Source: Nitrospirota bacterium (GTDB taxonomy: Bacteria; Nitrospirota; UBA9217). From it: a stretch of 64,000 nucleotides of DNA. The translations under genes were made by a program, and so were the position numbers. Below the pieces are notes generated by a model. It did not search any database and had not been told where the DNA came from. It saw nothing but the letters and a program-made list of their open reading frames with translations. Below are positions 1 through 10,442 of this stretch, piece after piece. The stretch covers positions 448,001-512,000 of the forward strand of contig CAVTRN010000001.1 in the NCBI GenBank assembly GCA_963737155.1. Reading direction: 5' to 3'. Every line of letters begins with the position of its first letter. The stretch's first letter is position 1.

Positions 1-19
1 GAAGAACAGAGAGACTATC

Positions 20-646
20 ATGCGTATCCCGTACTTTGCCCCTGTTGATGTTCCAGAACCTGTCATCGAAGTTATGGACCTCGATGACAGGGAAAAGGTA
101 TTGAAGGCAGTCACATCACCGTATCTGAAGAATATTCTCAGTTTTATGAAATTTCACCCTGTTCGTCCGTCAGAAGCATGTGCACTTGACGTTAGCCACT
201 TCGATTTAAAGGCAAGGATTGTTTACATAGAACGCTCATTGGACTCTGACTTCTCCTTGAAGCCTCGTAAAAGTAAACGGGCATACGAGATTCCATTATC
301 ACCGGAGTGGGATGCCTCTTGTTTGAAAAGTAGGTTTGGGAAGGAAATTGCCTTTCCAAACAAATATGGCAAACGCTACAACAACAATACAACCAATGGG
401 GCGTGGAAAGCTGCCTGTAAAAGGGCCGGAGTGCCCTATTTAAGCCTCTATCCGTCCATGAGGCATACCACGGCTACAAGTTACGCCGACAGGAACATTC
501 CAGAGGAACAAATCGAGGATATGCTTGGGCAAGAAACACGGGGAATGTCGAGGAAGTATGTTCAGAAATCAGTGGAAAGGTTGCGCTATATCGTGGGCGA
601 TGGTGCACAAGTGGTGCACATCAATGAGAGAAAAAATTCTAAATAG
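20..646 (+). CDS. Tyrosine recombinase/phage integrase, catalytic C-terminal part (N-terminus probably off-window)
   Basis: Catalytic-type motifs VRPSEACAL (R), KSK, SMRHT, LGQ...KY; ends 20 bp from a tRNA 3' end. Confidence 0.85.
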   Translation: MRIPYFAPVDVPEPVIEVMDLDDREKVLKAVTSPYLKNILSFMKFHPVRPSEACALDVSHFDLKARIVYIERSLDSDFSLKPRKSKRAYEIPLSPEWDASCLKSRFGKEIAFPNKYGKRYNNNTTNGAWKAACKRAGVPYLSLYPSMRHTTATSYADRNIPEEQIEDMLGQETRGMSRKYVQKSVERLRYIVGDGAQVVHINERKNSK

Positions 647-666
647 CTAATTTTATTGAGAAAAGA

Positions 667-751
667 TGGTGCCGAAGGGGGGACTCGAACCCCCATGGGT
701 TGCCCCACACGCCCCTCAAACGTGCGTGTCTACCAATTCCACCACTTCGGC
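667..751 (-). tRNA. tRNA-Leu(GAG)
   Basis: Reverse complement GCCGAAGTGGTGGAATTGGTAGACACGCACGTTTGAGGGGCGTG...GGTTCGAGTCCCCCCTTCGGCACCA; long variable arm, anticodon GAG, encoded CCA. Confidence 0.97.
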
Positions 752-855
752 ACTTGTGAAAACTTCATCTACAGAATTCACCGAGAGTAACGGAAAGGAG
801 CTGCGCAACGCTGCTTTGTTTCCGGCTACCTTCGATGCATACCGCAGCGATTGTG

Positions 856-1824
856 TTATTTTTCCATTGCGGGCTGTTTCGCATGTAACGGCGTGAGCCA
901 ATCCACATGCCGGCTGTCTCGGCCATGGACCACGTCAAAGAAAGCAGCCTGGAGTTCCTTCGTTATCGGACCCGGCTTGCCGCTTCCGATCGTCCGGTTG
1001 TCAACTTCGCGGATCGGGGTAATCTCCGCCGCCGTGCCGCTGAAAAAAGCCTCGTCGGCAATATAGAGTTCGTCCCGTGTGAACCGCTCCTCCACAAGCC
1101 GCATGCCTCGTTCTGAGGCGAGCTGCATGATCGTGTCCCGCGTAATGCCCTCGAGTATCGCGGTGAGAGGCGGTGTTTTGATCACACCCTTACGTACGAT
1201 GAATACATTTTCTCCGCTGCCCTCGGCAACATAGCCGTCCGTATCGAGCAGCATGGCTTCATCGTAGCCGTCTTTAACCGCTTCCCGTTTAGCAAGGAGT
1301 GAGTTCGCGTAATTTGCCGTGGTCTTTGACCGAACCAAGGTGGCGTTTACATGAGGCCGTATGAACGAGGATATCTTTACGCGAATCCCGTTTTTGAGTC
1401 CATCCTCGCCGAGGTAGCTGCCCCAGGGCCAGACTGCGATTGCAATCTGGATGGGATTTTCCTTGGGATAGACACCCATAGCTCCATAACCGATATAGAC
1501 CAGCGGCCTGATATAACAGGCATCGATCTTGTTAACACGAATTGTTTCAAGTATCGCTTCGCTTATGTCCTCGCGTGTAAAAGACATTTCCATCTGAAGG
1601 ATGTGGGCAGAATCAAAGAGCCGATCCACGTGCTCCCGGAGCCGGAATACCGTGGAACCGGAGTCGGCCTTATAACAACGGATGCCCTCGAAAGCGCCGG
1701 TGCCGTAATGGAGTGAATGGATCAGAATATGCACCTTCGCATCGTCCCACTTGACGAAAGACCCATTCATCCATATTTTTTCCGTGGCTTGAAGCATAGG
1801 CGTCATATATAACAGCCTGTTCAT
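856..1824 (-). CDS. ilvE: Branched-chain amino acid aminotransferase
   Basis: LHYGTGAFEGIR, YIRP, EGSGEN, LEGITR, GTAAEITP motifs; start could be a few codons later. Confidence 0.95.
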   Translation of the reverse strand: MNRLLYMTPMLQATEKIWMNGSFVKWDDAKVHILIHSLHYGTGAFEGIRCYKADSGSTVFRLREHVDRLFDSAHILQMEMSFTREDISEAILETIRVNKIDACYIRPLVYIGYGAMGVYPKENPIQIAIAVWPWGSYLGEDGLKNGIRVKISSFIRPHVNATLVRSKTTANYANSLLAKREAVKDGYDEAMLLDTDGYVAEGSGENVFIVRKGVIKTPPLTAILEGITRDTIMQLASERGMRLVEERFTRDELYIADEAFFSGTAAEITPIREVDNRTIGSGKPGPITKELQAAFFDVVHGRDSRHVDWLTPLHAKQPAMEK

Positions 1825-2148
1825 AAATTGTCAATCGTTTTTTTGCCGCGCGGGCGCCGACGGAAATTGTACTGCCACGCATTGCGACTGAGGGGCGCCG
1901 AATCGTTGTCCGGTAAATCTGTTAAGAAGGGTACGCCTCCTTTGTTTCGTCGCCGGGCCTTCATATCAAAAAAAGCTCCCTTTCATTGATAAAAGAACGT
2001 ACCGGCAAGGGAGAATTTATCGTTTCTTATTACCAAGGAGCAAACGTTATTATACGACTATTGTAAATCATCCATGCGGGCATTGTGGAGGATTGAGAAC
2101 TGTTCATAAATTACTTGTATAATATTGCATTTTGTATATACTATTTAC

Positions 2149-2715
2149 ATGAAATTAAGCGTATGGGCAAAACAGCAGGGGATAACTTATCAAGCGGCAT
2201 GGAAATGGTGGAAAGCTGGCAAGTTGCCAGTTGAAGCTGAGCAGATGCCGACTGGTACAATAATCATTAAGGAGCAGAAAACCGTTCAGGGGACCGTTGC
2301 TCTTTATGCCCGTGTATCCAGTCATGACCAAAAAAAAGACCTTGATGCACAGCTGGGGAGACTTTCAGCTTTTGCTACGAATAAGGGCTGGTCAGTTTCA
2401 AAAGCGGTAACAGAGATGGGTTCTGACCTTAATGGTCACCGGCCCAAGCTCATGAAATTGCTCTCTGATCCTGGCGTCAGTATTATTGTTGTTGAGCATC
2501 GCGACAGGCTTATGCAGTTTGGTTCAGAATACGTGGAGTCTTCGCTTCGAGCTCAGGGTCGACAACTTGTTATCGTTGACCAGTCTGAACTCAAGGATGA
2601 TCTGGTGCAGGACATGATAGAAGTGTTGACTTTATTCTGTGCCAGACTCTACGGCCGCAAGTCAGCATCAAACAGAGCGAAGAAGGCTATTCAGGCTATG
2701 AAAGATGGCGAGTAA
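2149..2715 (+). CDS. tnpA: IS607-family serine transposase TnpA (intact); tnpB truncated after about 5 codons
   Basis: N-terminal HTH MKLSVWAKQQG, YARVSS, HRDRL, FCARLYGR; overlapping ATG at 2705 reads MASNK like the TnpB at 38677, then diverges. Confidence 0.9.
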   Translation: MKLSVWAKQQGITYQAAWKWWKAGKLPVEAEQMPTGTIIIKEQKTVQGTVALYARVSSHDQKKDLDAQLGRLSAFATNKGWSVSKAVTEMGSDLNGHRPKLMKLLSDPGVSIIVVEHRDRLMQFGSEYVESSLRAQGRQLVIVDQSELKDDLVQDMIEVLTLFCARLYGRKSASNRAKKAIQAMKDGE

Positions 2716-3121
2716 CAAGAAGGCCATTGTGCGGGTGCGAACGCCAAGTTTTTCTCCTCCTTGTATGTAAGTCCGTCTTCCACGCGCTTGAATCTCTTTT
2801 TCTCAGGGCGTCAGCAGAAATTGCTCGCCCGTAACTTCATCCTCGGAACTCCTCCGCAAGCGTTCTCTTGATGCCGACAAAAGCCGGTGTCTTGTGTGCC
2901 AACTCCGAGAATGTTGATATTGATCGTAATCGCGCCGATGCTGTCGTGGCGGACCATGAGGATCTTTTCTCTGTTTCCAAAAGGTGCGTTTTTTCCTCTG
3001 CAATCTGCTATTCGTAGAGCCTTACATTTCCCTCCTCTGATCGCTTTAGGTCCGTAAGTCAATTCAGGTTGCTGCTTGCACGCATCGCTGACCAGTCAAT
3101 CAATGGGAAATGCTTTTTCAT

Positions 3122-3150
3122 TTGACACTATTGCTGTCCAGCGCTAAACT
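3122..3150 (+). promoter_or_regulatory. Sigma70-like promoter of uspA
   Basis: TTGACA-17 bp-TAAACT. Confidence 0.6.
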
Positions 3151-3181
3151 AAATCAAGATCGCCTAACGAGGAGGCTTCCC

Positions 3182-3643
3182 ATGCAACTGAATACCATCC
3201 TGTTCCCGACTGATTTTTCTCAGGGCGCACACGCCGCTATGGATCATGCGCTATCGCTTGCAGCGGATTACCATGCGAAACTTATTTTACTGTATGTTGT
3301 TCAGGATATCAGCATAGCAGAATGGTACATTCCGTCATCGCTGTCAGTCGCAGACCTCATAGAGGACATGCAGAAAAGCGCCTGGCGTGAAATGGATAAA
3401 TGGGGAACTGAAGCCGCGGCCAGAGTCAAGGATGTCGAGAAGACTGTCGTCCGGGGAGTGCCTTTTGTCGAGATTGTGAAGATAGCAAAAGAGAAGTACG
3501 CAGATTTGATTGTGATTGGTACCCACGGCAGGACTGGCATCGACCATATTTTGTTCGGAAGCACCGCGGAAAAGGTGGTTCGCAAAGCGTCCTGCCCGGT
3601 GCTTACCGTGCGAATTGCGGGAAAAGAATTCAAGATGCCGTAG
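3182..3643 (+). CDS. Universal stress protein (UspA family)
   Basis: ILFPTDFS, DLIVIGTHGRTG, FGSTAEKVVRKASCPVL; RBS GAGGAGG. Confidence 0.93.
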   Translation: MQLNTILFPTDFSQGAHAAMDHALSLAADYHAKLILLYVVQDISIAEWYIPSSLSVADLIEDMQKSAWREMDKWGTEAAARVKDVEKTVVRGVPFVEIVKIAKEKYADLIVIGTHGRTGIDHILFGSTAEKVVRKASCPVLTVRIAGKEFKMP

Positions 3644-3667
3644 TAAACACCGCCCAAACCATGAAAA

Positions 3668-3706
3668 CATAAAAGGACAGGCGAAAAAGCGCCTGTCCTT
3701 TTTATG
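3668..3706. terminator. Bidirectional intrinsic terminator
   Basis: AAAAGGACAGGCG-aaaaag-CGCCTGTCCTTTTT between convergent genes. Confidence 0.85.
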
Positions 3707-3729
3707 TCCAGAGAAAGAAGAGATGTCGG

Positions 3730-4155
3730 TTACTGACCCAAAAGCGTCGTGAACGTGTCGTGATGCCCTTCTTCTTCCGAAAGAATTTCCTCGAAGAGAA
3801 GGCGTGTGGTCTCGTCACCCTCCGAGGCAGCCTGCTTGATGATGTCCTTATAAAGTGTGATTGCTTCTTCCTCGGCCTTGACATCGGCCTTTAACATCTG
3901 GACCGCGTCGCCGCCCACGGCAATGGGCGCCGGTTTAGTGGTCGGATTCACATCAAAATAAAACAGTCTCTCGGCGATTTTCTCTGCGTGCTTCATCTCA
4001 TCCATGGCCACTTTCTCGAACACATCCATGAGCGACGCCGAATTCATGCCTTTTACCATGATATGATGCCACATATACTGGACTATTGCCTGGAGTTCCC
4101 CGGCAATCGCCTGGTTCATCATTTCCGTCAGTTTGGGACTTGCTTTCTGAACCAT
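3730..4155 (-). CDS. Ferritin/bacterioferritin-like diiron protein
   Basis: ELQAIVQY, DEMKHAE, EEEAI, EEEGHH ferroxidase-type motifs; RBS AGGAGG before ATG 4155. Confidence 0.88.
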   Translation of the reverse strand: MVQKASPKLTEMMNQAIAGELQAIVQYMWHHIMVKGMNSASLMDVFEKVAMDEMKHAEKIAERLFYFDVNPTTKPAPIAVGGDAVQMLKADVKAEEEAITLYKDIIKQAASEGDETTRLLFEEILSEEEGHHDTFTTLLGQ

Positions 4156-4422
4156 AGAGTGTACCTCCTTCGTGTTTGTCAATTATGTTTTTTCTTGATT
4201 GGAATTCCGGCCCGTCAGAAAGCGCCATATTAAGAATATTCGAACTATGCCGTTTATAACTCTTTCAAATAACAGGATGATGCGTTGCTGATTCTCGCAC
4301 GGGCAAAACGTCAAACTTGCATCCATGGTTAAACTTGTAATACTATAGCACAGGAACAGTCCCGTTTCAACCGACCAATCTGTTCTACCTCCTGAAATAG
4401 TGCAGCGGAAATGTACGTTCTG

Positions 4423-5540
4423 CTATGGGCGAGCTTTGCCGTCTCGCTCGGCCCGTTCGACAATGCAGGCTATGCCGCCTTCGCGCAATCCCGGACGGTA
4501 GCAGCCATTGCAGGAAATGCAGCGAGCGCGAGACGTATCGCCCGCCTGCCAGCGATTAACAAGCCCTGGTTCACGGATAAAGGGGCGTGCCAATGAAATA
4601 TAGTCGGACTCTTCCTTCTCGATGACTTCCCGCGCACGAGCAAATGTTCGGAATCCTCCCACCACCATCGTCAAACAGGCAACCACACTTTTGATCCGTA
4701 CCGCAAGCGGAAGGTTGTATGCTTCCTGCTCGACCGTGTCGATCTTCCTGCGGACTGGCGTGCGGTCCCCTGACGCAGGGGTGCCGCCGCTCACCTCGAT
4801 TGCGTCAATGCCTTCGCGATCGAGCGCGGCGGCAACCTTGACCGCATCTTCAATGGAAAATCCATTCTCGATAAAATCCGACCCGTTCAGTTTGACCAGA
4901 ACCGGGAAATCTGGTCCGACAGCATTTCTCGCACTCCTATAAACTTCGAGCAGAAATCGCATGCGGTTTTCGATGCTTCCACCGTAGGCATCGGCACGAT
5001 GATTCGTACGCGGTGAAAGAAACTGGTTAATCAGATACCCGTGCGCCGCATGGAGTTGAATGGCATCGAACCCCCAGTCCTTTGCCCGCCGCGCGCTCTC
5101 GCCGAAGGCAGCCGTAACCTCTAGAATGTCTGCCAAGCTCATTTCTGAAGGAACGGCGGAGTATTCCGTTTCCACCGCCGCTGAAGGAGCAATAAGCCTG
5201 GTTCCGGCAGGTAATCTCGCTTGACCGCCGGTATGCACAAGCTGCACGCACAGCCTTCCGCCTTCGTTATGTACGGCAGTACTGAGCGCCCGCATGTCTG
5301 CGGCGAAATCAGCGCCCTGAACCCCCATGATCCGCGGGTCTGCTTTCCGTCAGGCCGCACGAACGCGTACCCAGTGATTATGAGGCTGACACCGCCTTTG
5401 GCAAGCTGTTTATAGCAGTCCACAAGCCTCCGGCCCGGCCGGCCCTGCTCATCGCACATTCCTTCCCAGGTAGCCGATCGCACGAAGCGGTTCCTGAGTT
5501 CCATGCCCTTTATGTTTGTCGTGTCAAAAAGACTTTTCAT
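4423..5540 (-). pseudogene. NADH:flavin oxidoreductase (OYE family), split by a frameshift near 5330
   Basis: N-part LRNRFVRSATWEG (5540-5330) continues in another frame with QLHAAHGYLINQFLSP, YGGSIENR, ARPFIREP, CISCNGC. Confidence 0.8.
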
Positions 5541-5687
5541 TTATCACCTTAAACTCTTGGCATTCATCTCTGTGCACGTCAAAGCGGAATCCGTAGTTAT
5601 CCGTTAACTCCCAATTTCCTGTTGCCTTACCGGTTTTCTTCAAATATAATGTTACGACACTTAATCATGCAAGGAGTATAACACGCT

Positions 5688-7628
5688 ATGGGGAAAAATC
5701 TTGTTTACAAGATTTTAGAATCACATCTCGTTGAAGGCAAGTTGGAGCCGGGAACCGAGATTTCAATAAAAATCGACCAGACCCTCACGCAGGATGCAAC
5801 TGGCACTATGGCTTACCTCCAGTTCGAGGCCATGGATGTTCCTCGAGTTAAGACCGAGATTTCGGTGAGCTATGTTGATCACAACACACTCCAAGACGGC
5901 TTTGAGAATGCTGATGACCATCGCTATCTTATGACCGTTGCATCTAAATACGGCATTCATTACTCGAAAGCCGGAAACGGCATCTGCCACCAGGTGCACC
6001 TCGAACGGTTCGGCAGGCCGGGGAAGACGCTTCTCGGCTCTGATTCCCACACGCCCACGAGCGGCGGGATCGGCATGATCGCGATCGGCGCTGGGGGCCT
6101 TGATGTCGCCGTTGCCATGGGCGGCGGATCATTTTACCTCACCTGTCCCAAAGTCGTCAAGATAAACCTAGCGGGTAAACTGCGGCCGTGGATCTCGGCC
6201 AAGGATGTGATACTCGCTATTCTTAAAATTCTAACAACGAAGGGGAATGTGGGCACCATCATCGAATACGCCGGCGACGGCGTGAAGACTCTGTCGGTTC
6301 CTGAGCGGGCCACGATCACAAATATGGGCGCCGAACTCGGCGCTACAACCTCCGTTTTTCCCAGCGACGAGATTACCAAAACATTCATGCAGGCACAGCG
6401 CCGAGGTTCCGAATGGACGCCGCTTTCAGCGGACCCGGATGCGAGCTATGACAAAGAGATCGACCTCGATCTCGGCTCCGTAGAACCCCTCATGGCCAAG
6501 CCGCATTCGCCAGATAATATCGGGACCGTGAAGGAGCTTGCGGGAACAAAGGTGGACCAGGTCATGGTCGGCTCCTGCACTAACTCGTCCTACCGCGATC
6601 TGATGATCGTTGCGGCGATGCTGAAGGGAAATCGTGTGTTTCCCGACGTCAGTTTAGGAGTGGCGCCTGGATCGCGCCAGGTGCTCGAAATGATAGCTAA
6701 GAACGGGGCGCTTGCCGACATCATCGCATCGGGAGCGCGGGTACTTGAATCCACCTGCGGGTTCTGCATCGGGGCAGGCCAAGCACCAAAGACTGACGCA
6801 GTCTCGATCCGGACAAGTAACCGTAACTTCGAAGGCCGCTCGGGCACAAAAAGCGCACGGGTCTATCTTGCAAGCCCTGAATCCGCAGTCGCCGCGGCAA
6901 TTCACGGCGGAATCATGGACCCGCGTGATCTGGGCATCCCCTATCCTGCAATCACGATGCCGGAGCAGTTCTGGATCGATGATTCAATGATCCTTCCCCC
7001 GGCAAAGGACCCATTATCGGTTTCGATCTATCGCGGCCCGAATATCGGAAACCCGCCGGCTGCAGAACCACTTCCGGATACAATCAGGGGAGTCGTTACA
7101 ATCAAGGTCGGCGATAAGGTTACAACAGACCATATCATGCCAGCGGGATCACGATTAAAATACCGCTCGAATATTGCGAAGTATGCGGAATTCGTATTCG
7201 AAGGTGTTGACGTAGCGTTTTCGAAAAATGCACGAGAAAACAAAAAAGCGGGGATTCACAATATCATCATTGCCGGCGCAAGCTATGGTCAGGGATCGAG
7301 CCGGGAACATGCGGCCATATGTCCCATGTATCTCGGTGTCAAAGCCGTAATTGCCAAGTCCTTCGAACGCATCCACGCAGCGAACCTCATTAATTTCGGA
7401 ATCCTGCCGCTGACCTTTGCGAATGAAGCGGATTATGACGCCATCTGTAAGAATGACGGTATCGAGATACTGGACATCAAGAAAACGCTCGAAAGCGGTG
7501 CGAATCTCTTGCTAAGGGACGCCGCAAACGAAAAATCAATTGAACTCAAATACTCACTGAGTCCACGCCAACGCAACATCCTGCTTGCAGGAGGGATGCT
7601 GAACTATACGAGGGCTCAAGCCAAATAA
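5688..7628 (+). CDS. Aconitate hydratase
   Basis: TQDATG, DHN, GICHQ, GSDSHT, GSCTNS, CGFCIG, NRNFEGR, GSSREHA. Confidence 0.92.
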   Translation: MGKNLVYKILESHLVEGKLEPGTEISIKIDQTLTQDATGTMAYLQFEAMDVPRVKTEISVSYVDHNTLQDGFENADDHRYLMTVASKYGIHYSKAGNGICHQVHLERFGRPGKTLLGSDSHTPTSGGIGMIAIGAGGLDVAVAMGGGSFYLTCPKVVKINLAGKLRPWISAKDVILAILKILTTKGNVGTIIEYAGDGVKTLSVPERATITNMGAELGATTSVFPSDEITKTFMQAQRRGSEWTPLSADPDASYDKEIDLDLGSVEPLMAKPHSPDNIGTVKELAGTKVDQVMVGSCTNSSYRDLMIVAAMLKGNRVFPDVSLGVAPGSRQVLEMIAKNGALADIIASGARVLESTCGFCIGAGQAPKTDAVSIRTSNRNFEGRSGTKSARVYLASPESAVAAAIHGGIMDPRDLGIPYPAITMPEQFWIDDSMILPPAKDPLSVSIYRGPNIGNPPAAEPLPDTIRGVVTIKVGDKVTTDHIMPAGSRLKYRSNIAKYAEFVFEGVDVAFSKNARENKKAGIHNIIIAGASYGQGSSREHAAICPMYLGVKAVIAKSFERIHAANLINFGILPLTFANEADYDAICKNDGIEILDIKKTLESGANLLLRDAANEKSIELKYSLSPRQRNILLAGGMLNYTRAQAK

Positions 7629-7654
7629 TGTCTCTCCGGTTTGCACCACGAAGA

Positions 7655-7823
7655 ATCAAGTAGGCCGCGCCTCGCAGCCCACCCTACATGCCGTTCAGCA
7701 GTGGTAGATCGTGCAAGGATACTTCATTTCACGACGACGCCCTTGCGCTTGGCTAACCCTTCGCCTTCATCAGGCTGGGTTGATAACTTGCACCTTTCAA
7801 GCTTTTGAACATGCCCGGCGCAC
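7655..7823 (-). mobile_element. Internally deleted, ORF-less group IIC intron remnant
   Basis: Starts GTGCGCCGGGCATG...GGTGCAAG...GAAGGGTTAGCCAAGCGCAAGGGCGTC (class C domain I) directly after a terminator hairpin; degenerate DV-like GAACGGCATGTAGGGTGG and end CCTACTTGAT. Confidence 0.7.
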
Positions 7824-7858
7824 CAATAAAAACCCCACACTCGTTGAGTGCAGGGTCT
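7824..7858 (-). terminator. Intrinsic terminator downstream of galT
   Basis: AGACCCTGCACTC-aac-GAGTGTGGGGTTT-TTATT on the minus strand. Confidence 0.75.
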
Positions 7859-7902
7859 TGTCGCTCGTTAAACAACAAATTTTCGCCGGGATAGAAGCAG
7901 CG

Positions 7903-8928
7903 CTACACTTTTACGTCTCTTAGATACTTGGCTGCGTCTTCCGGTGGTGTAGGATTGATATAAAAGCCGGAACCCCATTCGAACCCCGCAACCCGGGTCA
8001 GCCGCGGCATAATCTCGAGGTGCCAGTGAAAATCGTCGTTCAGGGTGTGCCAATGGCCCCGGCGTGGTACGCGGTTCGGCGCGGTGTACAGCATGAAGTT
8101 ATAGGGCGGACGATTAAGCACTTTCCCGAGCTTCTGCAGCGTGTGGCGTAGCGTTCGGGCAAAGTCCATTATCTCCTCTTTGGTCACATCGACATAGGAG
8201 CAGAGGTGCTTCTTAGGGTAGATCCATATCTCAAAGGGAAAGCGCGGCGCGAATGGCACCATGACCAGGAAGTGACGGGTCTCCTCGACCACGCGCTCGG
8301 GAGTGGAGAGCTCCTGTCTGATCACGTCGCAGAAGATGCACCGTTCTTTATAATCGAAGTACGCTTTTGCTCCGTCGAGTTTTTCCTTTACAAACTTGGG
8401 GATGACCGGCGTCGCAATAAGCTGGGAATGGGGATGGTTTAGGGCCGAACCGGCGATCCAACCCTGGTTCTTGAAAACAAGCACATAGCGAAGCCGGCTG
8501 TCGCGCTCGAGATCGAGTATGCGGTCGCGGTAGGACCAGAGCACTTTTTCAACTTGGCTATCCGGCAAGTCCTCAAGCCTGGCTGCGTGCTCAGGGCTTT
8601 CAATAATAATCTCGTGGGCACCGATGCCGTTCATCCAGTCATAAATGCCGGCACCCTCGCGCTCGAGAGTGCCTTCGATATGAAGAACGGGAAATTTGCT
8701 GGGAATCACCCGGACCCACCAGCCGGCAGAATTCGATAGGGTATTCTCAGGCCGGAACGATGCGATCTCCGGAGGTGTTTTTGCTTCGTTTCCTCCGCAG
8801 AAAGGACACTCCGACGATTTTACCTCATCGGGCGGCTCTTCAAAACTGTAGTCTTCGGGTCTTTTCGGACGCTCGGTGGATACTATGATCCACCGGCCCA
8901 CGATGGGGTCCTTGCGCAAACGTGTCAT
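7903..8928 (-). CDS. galT: Galactose-1-phosphate uridylyltransferase
   Basis: RxxRP, CPFC, GAHEIIIESP, FKN.G..AGSALNHPHSQ (HxH), HWHLEI. Confidence 0.93.
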   Translation of the reverse strand: MTRLRKDPIVGRWIIVSTERPKRPEDYSFEEPPDEVKSSECPFCGGNEAKTPPEIASFRPENTLSNSAGWWVRVIPSKFPVLHIEGTLEREGAGIYDWMNGIGAHEIIIESPEHAARLEDLPDSQVEKVLWSYRDRILDLERDSRLRYVLVFKNQGWIAGSALNHPHSQLIATPVIPKFVKEKLDGAKAYFDYKERCIFCDVIRQELSTPERVVEETRHFLVMVPFAPRFPFEIWIYPKKHLCSYVDVTKEEIMDFARTLRHTLQKLGKVLNRPPYNFMLYTAPNRVPRRGHWHTLNDDFHWHLEIMPRLTRVAGFEWGSGFYINPTPPEDAAKYLRDVKV

Positions 8929-8929
8929 C

Positions 8930-9307
8930 TCAGTTACCAGACCTCGCCTTTTGCTCCGTCAGCACCTTGTGAACAATCCTTTTCAGCTCTTTAATGCGAA
9001 TGGGTTTATTGATATATTCGGCAGCGCCAAGGCTCATTGCCTTGAGATAGCTTTCTACCTCGCCGTAGGCCGTGACCATGATCACGTCAGTTTTGGAGCC
9101 GATTTTCCGGATCTCCTGAAGGAGCTGAAGGCCGTCCATTACAGGCATCTTGATATCCGTGATCACAAGGTTAAAGGGTTGGTTTTTAAAGAGCGCCAGC
9201 GCGTCTTCGCCGCTTTGGGCGAGGGCCACTTCATAACCTTCGTCGGTCAATATTGTGTTGAACAGCTCGCGCGCGCCTTCTTCATCGTCAACTACAAGAA
9301 TTTTCAT
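8930..9307 (-). CDS. Single-domain response regulator
   Basis: ILVVDD, DIKMP, TAYG, KP. Confidence 0.9.
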   Translation of the reverse strand: MKILVVDDEEGARELFNTILTDEGYEVALAQSGEDALALFKNQPFNLVITDIKMPVMDGLQLLQEIRKIGSKTDVIMVTAYGEVESYLKAMSLGAAEYINKPIRIKELKRIVHKVLTEQKARSGN

Positions 9308-9612
9308 CAGCTCTCCTAAAATCCTGAAAACGGCAATTGAAAATCAAATCTATCATTGAAAAGCAATACATTATAACCGGTTATGGCAACTGCGGAGCAG
9401 TTTACATTGTCGCCCGATGGGTTTGGTGAAAAATTGAAGCATCTAATTGATTTTATGAGAAAACAGGCGTTGGCCGCTTTTTTTAGGCAAATACATAGTA
9501 TGTCAAAAATAACATAAAACAACGTAATCGTCAAGGTTGCGGCAAGAAACTGATTTTAGCGGGGAATTGGCATTCGACCAGGGAGGTTGAAACGTTAATC
9601 CTTCTAAAATTT

Positions 9613-10377
9613 TCATCGATTTATTTCATATAGGAACAGCAAACCATCGAGCGTTAAGTGAGACCGTATCTCTTCGATGCTCTTCGTTTCCGGAGATACC
9701 AGTTCGGCAAGCCCGCCTGTCGCGATAACTTTGGCATTTGGAGACAACTCTTTCTTCATCCGTTCAACAATACCGTCCACCAAGCCGGCATAGCCATAAA
9801 TGATACCCGACTGCATGGCGCTGATCGTATCAACGCCGATCACCCTCTCGGGCTTAAGCAGCTCCACGCGCGGGAGCTTCGACGCGCGCTGGAACAACGC
9901 CTCGGCGGATATTTTTATCCCCGGGCAGATTGCCCCGCCTATGTACTCTCCGCTCTTCGTCACTGCGCAAAATGTCGTGGCCGTGCCGAAGTCAACGATT
10001 ATGATCGGGCCGCCGAAGAGCTTGTAGGCAGCAGCGGCATTCACGATCCTGTCCGCCCCGACCTCCTTAGGATTATCAGAGCGGATGGTTATGCCCGTTT
10101 TGAGTTCGTGCGTAACGATCACGGGGTCGATGTGGAAATACTTGCGCGACATCTCGCTCATCACGGACAACAGCGGCGGAACGACGGTCGAAATGATCAC
10201 TCCTGTTATCCGGTTGAAATCGAGCTTGGCAAAGTTGAAGAGGTCACTGAAGATCATCGCATACTCATCAGGCGTGATCTGCGTATTGGTTCCGACGCGC
10301 CAGTTAGCGACGAGCGTTTTCCCGTCGAATACGCCGAGGACCACATTCGTATTGCCAATATCTATGGCGAGAAGCAT
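9613..10377 (-). CDS. coaX: Type III pantothenate kinase
   Basis: AIDIGNTN, GADR, DFGTATT, ATGG. Confidence 0.95.
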   Translation of the reverse strand: MLLAIDIGNTNVVLGVFDGKTLVANWRVGTNTQITPDEYAMIFSDLFNFAKLDFNRITGVIISTVVPPLLSVMSEMSRKYFHIDPVIVTHELKTGITIRSDNPKEVGADRIVNAAAAYKLFGGPIIIVDFGTATTFCAVTKSGEYIGGAICPGIKISAEALFQRASKLPRVELLKPERVIGVDTISAMQSGIIYGYAGLVDGIVERMKKELSPNAKVIATGGLAELVSPETKSIEEIRSHLTLDGLLFLYEINR

Positions 10378-10442
10378 GATTCCTCCTGGCAACAAAAAAA
10401 TTAAGTAGAAGCAAAAAGCAAGAGAGTGTCAGCACTTCCTTG

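Noticed and set aside
666-896. 76-aa [13 protein letters not shown]
   Set aside because: Antisense translation of tRNA-Leu.
2740-3062. Short minus-strand ORFs after IS607 tnpA
   Set aside because: No coherent family recognised; probably decayed sequence.
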